This document shows positions 1 through 7,228 of a DNA stretch of 64,000 nucleotides, piece by piece (position 1 is the stretch's first letter; the number at the start of each line of letters is the position of its first letter). Below the pieces are notes generated by a model. The model did not search any database and had not been told where the DNA came from. It was given only the letters and a program-made list of their open reading frames with translations. This DNA comes from an uncultured Rhodopirellula sp. (GTDB lineage: Bacteria > Planctomycetota > Planctomycetia > Pirellulales > Pirellulaceae): NCBI GenBank assembly GCA_964007735.1, contig CAXGAI010000009.1, positions 62,001 through 126,000 of the forward strand, in the 5' to 3' direction. A program made the position numbers and the translations under genes.

Positions 1-1
1 A

Positions 2-220
2 CTTCTCTGTAACAAATTGGGTAAGACTATTTCAGATCCACAAACAGGGGAAGTGTTGGATGTCGTAACAATCCCAGTCTGTATGTTGGAAGTGGTCAGT
101 ATTAAAGAAAGAATCGCCGTCTGCAAGATCATGGACGGCGGAGATGCGTCAGCTATCGAGAAGAATATGATCGTCACTCTAAAAAACAACGAGTCACCCG
201 ATAGGAACATTATTCCATGA
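2..220 (+). CDS. C-terminal fragment of a protein, FlgT-C/CsgG-associated beta-barrel-like domain (5' partial)
   Basis: Frame is open from the window edge. The 'ISDPQTGEVL...LEVVSI..RIAVCKI' pattern is typical of FlgT-C-like domains. ATGA overlap with the next gene. Confidence 0.45.
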   Translation, partial: LLCNKLGKTISDPQTGEVLDVVTIPVCMLEVVSIKERIAVCKIMDGGDASAIEKNMIVTLKNNESPDRNIIP

Positions 221-708
221 CAACGCTACGAATTACAGGTCTGGTTGCCAGTGAATTATCACTGGCCTTTGACGAATTTGGCCAGGTACCCACAGAACAT
301 CAGATAGATGATATTGCTGCAGTTATGTCCGGGCGTGATGGTCAGGCGATCACCCTTCAGGGTCTGGTGGCCTTATGCCAGCCTTCTGAAGAGGCTCAGT
401 ATCTAGGACTCCACGGAAGCCTGGATAATTTCCATGCAAGCATTCCTCTGGATGCCGTGTTAGATCGCGGGCTAATTCAATATGCCAAAGATGGTCGGGC
501 ACTCGATGTAAAGGCCGGTGGCCCCTATCGATTCCTGATCCCTGATCATGCTGCCTGTAACACCGATGATATTGATGAATGTGCAAATGTTAAATTTCTC
601 GATCATATCGAATTTACAGCAACACGCGGATTCGATAACCGTCCTGAAGATGAAGATGAACACGCCGCATTGCATGCTAAAGAACACGGACACGATCACG
701 AGCATTAA
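217..708 (+). CDS. Small molybdopterin-oxidoreductase (MsrP/sulfite oxidase)-like domain protein with His-rich tail
   Basis: GGPYRFLIP...ANVKFLDHIEF resembles the G.P.RLvvP...vKwl..Ie motif. C-terminus is EHAALHAKEHGHDHEH. Confidence 0.6.
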   Translation: MTTLRITGLVASELSLAFDEFGQVPTEHQIDDIAAVMSGRDGQAITLQGLVALCQPSEEAQYLGLHGSLDNFHASIPLDAVLDRGLIQYAKDGRALDVKAGGPYRFLIPDHAACNTDDIDECANVKFLDHIEFTATRGFDNRPEDEDEHAALHAKEHGHDHEH

Positions 709-809
709 TCTCTTTCTGGTGGAAATCTATCCAACATCGTCGGAGAGAAGGACCCATCCGAAAAGTTGCGTTGTGGCGCAATCGGGATCACCAAAGCACC
801 CAACATAGA

Positions 810-837
810 ATAAGCCTCCGAAACAACGGAGGCTTAT
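810..837. terminator. Intrinsic (probably bidirectional) terminator between convergent genes
   Basis: Perfect 11-bp inverted repeat ATAAGCCTCCG-aaacaa-CGGAGGCTTAT. Confidence 0.75.
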
Positions 838-868
838 ATAAACTTTTTAGATCTGATGCCTGGCAAGC

Positions 869-1180
869 TTAGCCTGAGATCTTAGATACACGAATACGAG
901 TGTACCGTTGACGGTGACCGGTACGACGTTTTGAATCTTTACGCCGACGGAATTTCTGCACGTAGATTTTGTCACCTTTAACTTCCGCAAGAACTTCAGC
1001 CGTCACGGAAGCGCCTTCAACGACAGGCTGACCGACCTTTACTCCATCATCACCTGATACAGCCAAAACCTGATCAAAAGTGATTTCGTCACCAGAGCCT
1101 GCATCTCGCAGATCAATATCCAGTTCCTGACCTTCTTCTACTTTGTACTGACGTCCACCGTCGGCAATGATTGCGTACAT
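869..1180 (-). CDS. rplU: 50S ribosomal protein L21
   Basis: MYAIIADGGRQYKV...KFRRRKDSKRRTGHRQRYT. Start set to the ATG at 1180. Confidence 0.97.
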   Translation of the reverse strand: MYAIIADGGRQYKVEEGQELDIDLRDAGSGDEITFDQVLAVSGDDGVKVGQPVVEGASVTAEVLAEVKGDKIYVQKFRRRKDSKRRTGHRQRYTRIRVSKISG

Positions 1181-1344
1181 GGTATTTATCTGTGTTGAAT
1201 AAACGGTTAACAGTTTTTGTTTTTCTAAAAGTTTCAGCGAAAGCTTTAATAATCTCGCTGAGACAGTCACCCATTCTCAGGTGATCGTACTCAACAGCTT
1301 CGTTAAAACATACCTAGCGAACTATTAAAAATATCTCAAAACCC

Positions 1345-1396
1345 AGACTTCGTCGAGGGGCTAACTTGGGAATCCCCTCAACTTTCCACGAAGTCT
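1345..1396 (-). other. Stem-loop downstream of the RNase E/G gene (terminator or processing stem)
   Basis: AGACTTCGT(1345-53)/ACGAAGTCT(1388-96) enclosing GAGGGG/CCCCTC. Confidence 0.5.
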
Positions 1397-1420
1397 ATCG
1401 CCGACTTATAATCTCAAATA

Positions 1421-3016
1421 CTAGACTTTGACATGTTTTCCATCTGAATTACGGAAGTCCATCTCAAGATGTTCCGGGTACAATCCTTCGTTACTCAGAA
1501 CCTGGACGACCATACCTCCTTCTTCTTCAAGTTTCATGATTTCGCGTCGTTTCTTATTATTCAGATAAGCTGCAACACTCTCATGAACTCGAACAGTAAC
1601 CCTAGCTATTTGTTTTCGTCGACAGGCTAGCATCAACTTACGAACCACTTCAATCGCCATACTTTCCGCAGTCTTCACAAGACCTCGACCACCACAACAA
1701 GGGCAATCATCGTAGACACTACGTTTTAAACTAGGACGAATTCGCTGCCGCGTCATCTCAATTAATCCAAACGGACTGGTTCGCAGGATTTTTGTACGAG
1801 CACGATCGCGCCCCATGGCATCACGCAAAGCCCGTTCCACGCCCCGACGATGTCTCTCTTTGCGCATATCAATAAAGTCATTAACAATCACACCGCCAAG
1901 GTCACGCAATCGTAGCTGTCGAGCAATTTCTTTCGCGGCCTGCAGATTCATCTGATAGGCCGTTTCTTCCGCATCGGCATCCGTCTTTCGGAAATTACCA
2001 CTATTCACGTCAATAGCGACCAGAGCTTCGGTGGGATCGATCACAATCGACCCACCTTCTTTTAGAGGCACTTCCCGCTTGTAGATCCGGGCGATCTCAT
2101 CTTCCAACTTGTACTTATGAAAGATTGGCCGTGTCTTATCGTAGTACTCTAAACGATCTGCAAATTTAGGCATCACCATTTCGAGGAAATCTTTGGCGCG
2201 TTTATAAGCATCTTCCTCATCAATATAGATAGCATCCATTTCACCACTCACAGTATCACGGATCGTCCGAATGATAATGTCACTCTCTTCGTAGATATCT
2301 GTCGGTGCCTGAGACTTCTTCAGTCGACGGACAATCGCTTTCCACAGTCGAATTAGGTACGCCATATCACGGGACAATTCCTTTTTATTTCGCCCCATTC
2401 CTGCAGTTCGAACAATAAACCCCAGACCTTCGGGAGGATCTATGTCAACCAGAATATCACGCAACTTTCGCCGTTGTTTATCATCTTCAATCTTACGGGA
2501 AACTCCAATGCGCCCCAATGAAGGCATCAGCACCAGATAACGTCCGGGGATGCTGAGATAGGTTGACAGTGTTGGTCCTTTCGTCCCAATACCTTCTTTA
2601 ATCACCTGAACGACGACCTCGTCGCCCTTTTTAAAGATCTCTTGAATCGGAGGCTTAACACGAGGACGGCCACCATTCCAATGACGCTTGCGGCCTCGGC
2701 CACGCTGTGGCCGGCGATGAACTGCCAACGCTTTATTCTGTTCTTCGACGGGTACATTCGGGTCATAACCACCTTGACGATAGTACTGAGGTTCCACGTC
2801 ACTAATATGAAGAAAGCCATTACGCCCTACTCCAAAATCGACAAAAGCTGCCTGAATCCCAGGCTCTAGGTTGACTACCTTTCCCTTATAGATATTACCT
2901 ACGTAGTTATCCTGACTGGCACGTTCCACATGTAGTTCTTCAAGCTGTCCATCTTCGATGACTGCTACCCGACATTCCTCGGGCTGAGCTACATTGATTA
3001 TCATTTCTTTTTTCAT
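1421..3016 (-). CDS. rng: Rne/Rng family ribonuclease (catalytic domain only, RNase G-like length)
   Basis: S1 domain (NIYKGKV...AAFVDFG...GFLHISD), AIDVNSG, LRLRDLGGVIVNDFIDM, Zn-link CPCCGGRG. Confidence 0.95.
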   Translation of the reverse strand: MKKEMIINVAQPEECRVAVIEDGQLEELHVERASQDNYVGNIYKGKVVNLEPGIQAAFVDFGVGRNGFLHISDVEPQYYRQGGYDPNVPVEEQNKALAVHRRPQRGRGRKRHWNGGRPRVKPPIQEIFKKGDEVVVQVIKEGIGTKGPTLSTYLSIPGRYLVLMPSLGRIGVSRKIEDDKQRRKLRDILVDIDPPEGLGFIVRTAGMGRNKKELSRDMAYLIRLWKAIVRRLKKSQAPTDIYEESDIIIRTIRDTVSGEMDAIYIDEEDAYKRAKDFLEMVMPKFADRLEYYDKTRPIFHKYKLEDEIARIYKREVPLKEGGSIVIDPTEALVAIDVNSGNFRKTDADAEETAYQMNLQAAKEIARQLRLRDLGGVIVNDFIDMRKERHRRGVERALRDAMGRDRARTKILRTSPFGLIEMTRQRIRPSLKRSVYDDCPCCGGRGLVKTAESMAIEVVRKLMLACRRKQIARVTVRVHESVAAYLNNKKRREIMKLEEEGGMVVQVLSNEGLYPEHLEMDFRNSDGKHVKV

Positions 3017-3066
3017 TAATTTTCTTTCGTTGTATTGTAGGTCAAAGCTCTCCAGCTTTCGTAGCC

Positions 3067-4809
3067 TTAAATGGCCAGTTCCGGAAAGATCTGCCTCAGT
3101 TGATCGGTGAGATAGGCATCAACCTCAAACGCACTTTCTAAATGCATAACACGCTCAGCAATCTCTTCGCATTGTTTAATACTGACACTCCGACAAACCT
3201 GTTTAATTTCAGGCACCGAACTCGGCGGTACACTCAAAGAGCGTAAGCCTAACCCGAGTAGGAGAGGTACATACTTAGGCGATGTACTCATTTCACCACA
3301 AAGGTTGACAGGAACACCAAATTCGGCAGATTGAAGAATCGTCGACTGAATCAGCCTTAGCACAGCCGGATCGCTGGCACGATATAGGTTGGCCACGTCC
3401 TTATTGCTACGATCCACTGCCAGGCAGTATTGAATGAGGTCATTTGTCCCGATACTGACAAAGTCCACTTCTTTGAGGAACTTATCAAGCATCAGTACGG
3501 CTGATGGCACCTCCACCATAATTCCAATTTCAAGCTTTTCTTCAAGCTCGTATCCGTCTTCGATCAGGTCTTCCATAGTATCAATCAACAGCATCTTGGC
3601 CTGACGTAACTCCTGTAATGTAGCGATCATCGGGAACATGACTCGCACTGGCCCGAGGGCACTAGCACGAATTAATGCTCGCAACTGAACTCTGAACAAA
3701 TCCAGATTACGTAAGGACAAGCGAATACTGCGAACACCCAAAAACGGATTATTCTCTTCTTCATGCCGCGGCAACTGACCAAGTTTGTCAGCGCCCAAGT
3801 CAAGCGTTCGAAAAACAACCTGACGATTATCCATTGACTGGATCACATGAGCATACGCTCGGTAGTGATCCTCTTCGGTTGGCTCTTCATCCGCTCCAAG
3901 ATAAAGAAATTCGGTTCGATACAAACCGATGCCGTCAGCTCCGCGTTCGCGGCAGGCATTTACCTCGTGCGGAAACTCGATGTTAGCACCCAACTGGATA
4001 CGAACACCATCTTTTGTTTCCGCTGGTAAATCCCGTAACACGGATAATTCCGCAGCCAAACTGCGGTGTTGTTCTAGTTCTTCCTGATAACGACGAAGTG
4101 TTTTATCATCGGGGTTGAGAACAACCTGACCATGATCGCCGTCAACTATAACAACATCACCACCCGACACGTCTGTCAGAAAGTGCCCGGTGCCCACCAC
4201 AGCGGGAATTTCAAGCCCCTTAGCAACGATTGCTGTATGAGAGCTTGGGCCGCCTACTTCTGTAGCAAATCCCAAGACAAAGCGAGGATCGAGCTTCGCG
4301 GTTTCACTCGGCGTCAGGTTATGTGCCAACACTATGGCGGGCGTGGAAATCTTACTCAGAGATTCACGACGACGACCGAGTAGTTTGCCAAGCAGATTCT
4401 TTTCCAGATCAAAGAAATCATGAGCTCGTTCAGCCATATAATGATCATCCAGTTCCTGAAAGATCTTGGCGTAACGACGGAGCGTTTTGGACACAGCATA
4501 TTCAGCTGAATGATGCTTGGCTGTGATCATGGAAGTCACTTCATTGACCAATGTCGGATCCTGAAGCATTTGCAGGTGAGCTGCAAAAATAGCACCATAT
4601 TGCTGACCTAGCTGATTGGAGATTCTTGTCTGATTACGTGAGATATCGGCCGCCACGCTATCAAATGCGTGTTGCATGCGCAGCAGTTCGTCATCCACCG
4701 CATCTCGAGTTACGAAACGCGTTGGAATCCGAAAGCCCTCGTTATCAATGACCACAACTTCTCCAATGGCCACGCCTGGAGAAACTGGGATACCCTCAAG
4801 TATCTGCAT
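3067..4809 (-). CDS. ptsI: Phosphoenolpyruvate-protein phosphotransferase (PTS enzyme I), no GAF domain
   Basis: GGPSSHTAIVA phospho-His, GIGLYRTEFL, SIGTNDLIQY, CGEM. GAGGA RBS before the ATG at 4809. Confidence 0.95.
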   Translation of the reverse strand: MQILEGIPVSPGVAIGEVVVIDNEGFRIPTRFVTRDAVDDELLRMQHAFDSVAADISRNQTRISNQLGQQYGAIFAAHLQMLQDPTLVNEVTSMITAKHHSAEYAVSKTLRRYAKIFQELDDHYMAERAHDFFDLEKNLLGKLLGRRRESLSKISTPAIVLAHNLTPSETAKLDPRFVLGFATEVGGPSSHTAIVAKGLEIPAVVGTGHFLTDVSGGDVVIVDGDHGQVVLNPDDKTLRRYQEELEQHRSLAAELSVLRDLPAETKDGVRIQLGANIEFPHEVNACRERGADGIGLYRTEFLYLGADEEPTEEDHYRAYAHVIQSMDNRQVVFRTLDLGADKLGQLPRHEEENNPFLGVRSIRLSLRNLDLFRVQLRALIRASALGPVRVMFPMIATLQELRQAKMLLIDTMEDLIEDGYELEEKLEIGIMVEVPSAVLMLDKFLKEVDFVSIGTNDLIQYCLAVDRSNKDVANLYRASDPAVLRLIQSTILQSAEFGVPVNLCGEMSTSPKYVPLLLGLGLRSLSVPPSSVPEIKQVCRSVSIKQCEEIAERVMHLESAFEVDAYLTDQLRQIFPELAI

Positions 4810-5064
4810 TACATTCCTCGTACCTACATCCAAACCCCATCAATCTTCAAACCATGGATAGTTTTTAACGGTTCGAATACGATCGGTGGATGTCGGTAAC
4901 CACCGTCAGCATCAATGCGTCCGGCAGCAAAATGTGCGTTTAGTCCTATTAAGCAATAACTATCAATGTCTGCTTAACGGCAAAAATTTTGACGGAGTGG
5001 CCATGTCTTAAATCAGGATTAGTTTGTCGAAGTTTTTTATGACTCCGACTTCATACTCAAAGTT

Positions 5065-5340
5065 CTACTCATCAAAACCTGATTCGACCAATTGACTCAG
5101 CTGTTGCACAGCCAGGTCTGCATCCGTACCTTCTGCCCGGATAATTAACCGGACACCTTGCGTTGCTCCTAAAGTCAGAATCGAAAGAATGCTTTTACCA
5201 TCCACCGATTCCTCTCCGCGAGTAACTGAAATCTGAGAATTAAATTGATTTGCAATCTGCGCGAACAAACTGGCCGGACGGGCATGCAAGCCCTCCTCAT
5301 TCGAGATGGTTACCGACTTCGTTCGTATCTCCGATGACAT
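5065..5340 (-). CDS. ptsH: HPr family phosphocarrier
   Basis: GLHARPAS (His15) and DGKSILSILTLG (Ser46). Confidence 0.95.
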   Translation of the reverse strand: MSSEIRTKSVTISNEEGLHARPASLFAQIANQFNSQISVTRGEESVDGKSILSILTLGATQGVRLIIRAEGTDADLAVQQLSQLVESGFDE

Positions 5341-5535
5341 GATCAATTTCTCGAGATCCTCGTGTCCTATCTAAATGTTTGTCTTTCTTAGTTTCCATTA
5401 CTTTTAGGCTGCAATTAACATTCTTCAAGTTCTTTCCGCTTCACCGATTCGCCCCACTAAAGTTGGGCGTTTCGTGAACGCGAGCCGAGACATCGGGCAA
5501 CCTAAAATGAATGCTAAGTAAGCCTATGCTGACAG

Positions 5536-6012
5536 CTAGGAGGCGAACTGATTATTGTCCGCTTCTTCTAATAGCTGGGCGATATCACCGGCCACCTTAC
5601 TCTGTTTGAGAAAGCGACAAAATGTATCATCTCGAAGTTGACGAGAGATATTCTCCAGAGCACGCAGGTGGTCGCCAGGGCGGTCCGGATGAGATACCAG
5701 CAAGAATAGCAGCTGAACAGGCTCTCCATCTAAACTGTCAAATTCAACGCCTTCGGCACTGACACCGACGGTTCCAATCAAGCTCTCAACGCTTGAATGT
5801 TTTGTGTGAGGGACAGCTACACCGCGTCCGATGCCGGTACTTCCCAATTCTTCTCGTTTCATGATTGCCTCAACAATCGAGTCATGGTCTTCTTCCTTGA
5901 CCTGACCTGCCGAAACCAAAGAACTGACAAGTTCCTGAATGACACCGATTTTATCGGTTGCCTTAATATCCACGCAAATAGCGGATTCACACATGAAGTC
6001 TGCAAATTTCAT
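5536..6012 (-). CDS. ptsN: PTS EIIA (Ntr/fructose-mannitol type)
   Basis: REELGSTGIGRGVAVPH, FDSLDGEPV, HLRAL. Confidence 0.9.
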   Translation of the reverse strand: MKFADFMCESAICVDIKATDKIGVIQELVSSLVSAGQVKEEDHDSIVEAIMKREELGSTGIGRGVAVPHTKHSSVESLIGTVGVSAEGVEFDSLDGEPVQLLFLLVSHPDRPGDHLRALENISRQLRDDTFCRFLKQSKVAGDIAQLLEEADNNQFAS

Positions 6013-6404
6013 TGCAATTGATTCCTTAGATTAATCTATAACCTATTTGAGCAATCCTGCAGATTCGTCAGACAGAAATAGAACACCCGCTCCACATCCA
6101 CAAAGAGCAAATCGGGAACTAATGTCTTTCTATAGAGGAGAGTAACCGTCGTTTTAACACACTAGGTATAAAAACGATCGTTCCTTACTTCATAGACTGA
6201 ATGCACTGGCGTGATTATCACCCGGAACATTCAGACCCATGTCGAACTACCTGACCAGCCGCATTTAGTCCTTTGCCCTGATTTATATGTAATCAGTAGC
6301 AGGTAACGCTGAGCTGCCTTTATATCTCTAGCACAAACGGTAATTCGCTGCTGGTTTACTATCCTACCTTCTAACTCATCCCGCAACCGGGAAGATCAAA
6401 TGGG

Positions 6405-6755
6405 TTAGTTCGCCTCAGGTCTAAAATCGTGCACCGCCGATCGCTTGCCATGGGGCGAACGATGTTTGTGTTTCTTCTTATCCTTGTAACGTCTTATTTG
6501 CTGTTCCAATTTCCGTTCGGCGCCCATGACGGCAGCTACTATACTTGGTGCCGTATAAGTCGCTACAAAGTCGTCGTGGCGTTCAAGAGTAGCCCGGATT
6601 TCCGCAACAGGGCTTTCTTGATGCTCCAAATCAACCGTCACTTCGATAGACGTCAAACGGTTATAAAATCGAAGTAATTTTCCGATTTTTCCCTGAATCC
6701 GCTCTTGAGTGCGGTGACCTATATGACCGTGCCTTGCAGAGATACCAATTAGCAT
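6405..6755 (-). CDS. hpf: Ribosome hibernation factor HPF/RaiA (short form)
   Basis: ISARH..I.....E.I..KI.KL, KLEQQIRRYKDK. AAGGAGG RBS before the ATG at 6755. Confidence 0.88.
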   Translation of the reverse strand: MLIGISARHGHIGHRTQERIQGKIGKLLRFYNRLTSIEVTVDLEHQESPVAEIRATLERHDDFVATYTAPSIVAAVMGAERKLEQQIRRYKDKKKHKHRSPHGKRSAVHDFRPEAN

Positions 6756-7228
6756 GCTCACCCTCCTTTTGAATAGAGTAACCAAAAAGGTATACTAGTC
6801 GGAGAAGAAAAAGCCGTCATGGCTTTTGGCCCGGCCCTTATGACAGGACCTCAGCCGTTCGGCATTGCTTCTTAGATTGTGCAATTGTGGTCAAATCACC
6901 AGAGAACGAACGCGTTGGCTAGGAAACCATCGGCCGTCAAACTCTGACAGTTCGACCAATTTAGTTTACCCCCATCCCCGTAAGTAGGAAAGGGTAGCTT
7001 TTTCCCGCTTTTCACGATTCCCTAGATTTCTCTTGCTGTAACTTCGAATCACTGCGATTCTCAACCCGAATTGTCAAATACAAACAGGACTGGACTCTTA
7101 GTATTTGAATCAAATGCTATGAAATTAATGGTTTGCCATAAAATAAGGGTGAAGAGGGGGAGTTGAGTACTCACAGAGATGTTTTTTAATTAGCAACCTA
7201 AGCTTTAACATCCTGCCACCTTTCACTA

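Noticed and set aside
1181..1270. N-terminal extensions in the ORF track (rplU; likewise pyrE, ptsI, hpf, DUF1553, 38256 hydrolase)
   Set aside because: Downstream ATGs match family N-termini, RBSs or signal peptides
6013..6404. tmRNA, RNase P, 6S or a known riboswitch in the spacer
   Set aside because: I could not find their consensus elements, so it is kept only as an unassigned structured region
6756..7228. Sigma54 promoter or rpoN remnant upstream of hpf
   Set aside because: No TGGCAC-N5-TTGC on the minus strand and no coding remnant recognised
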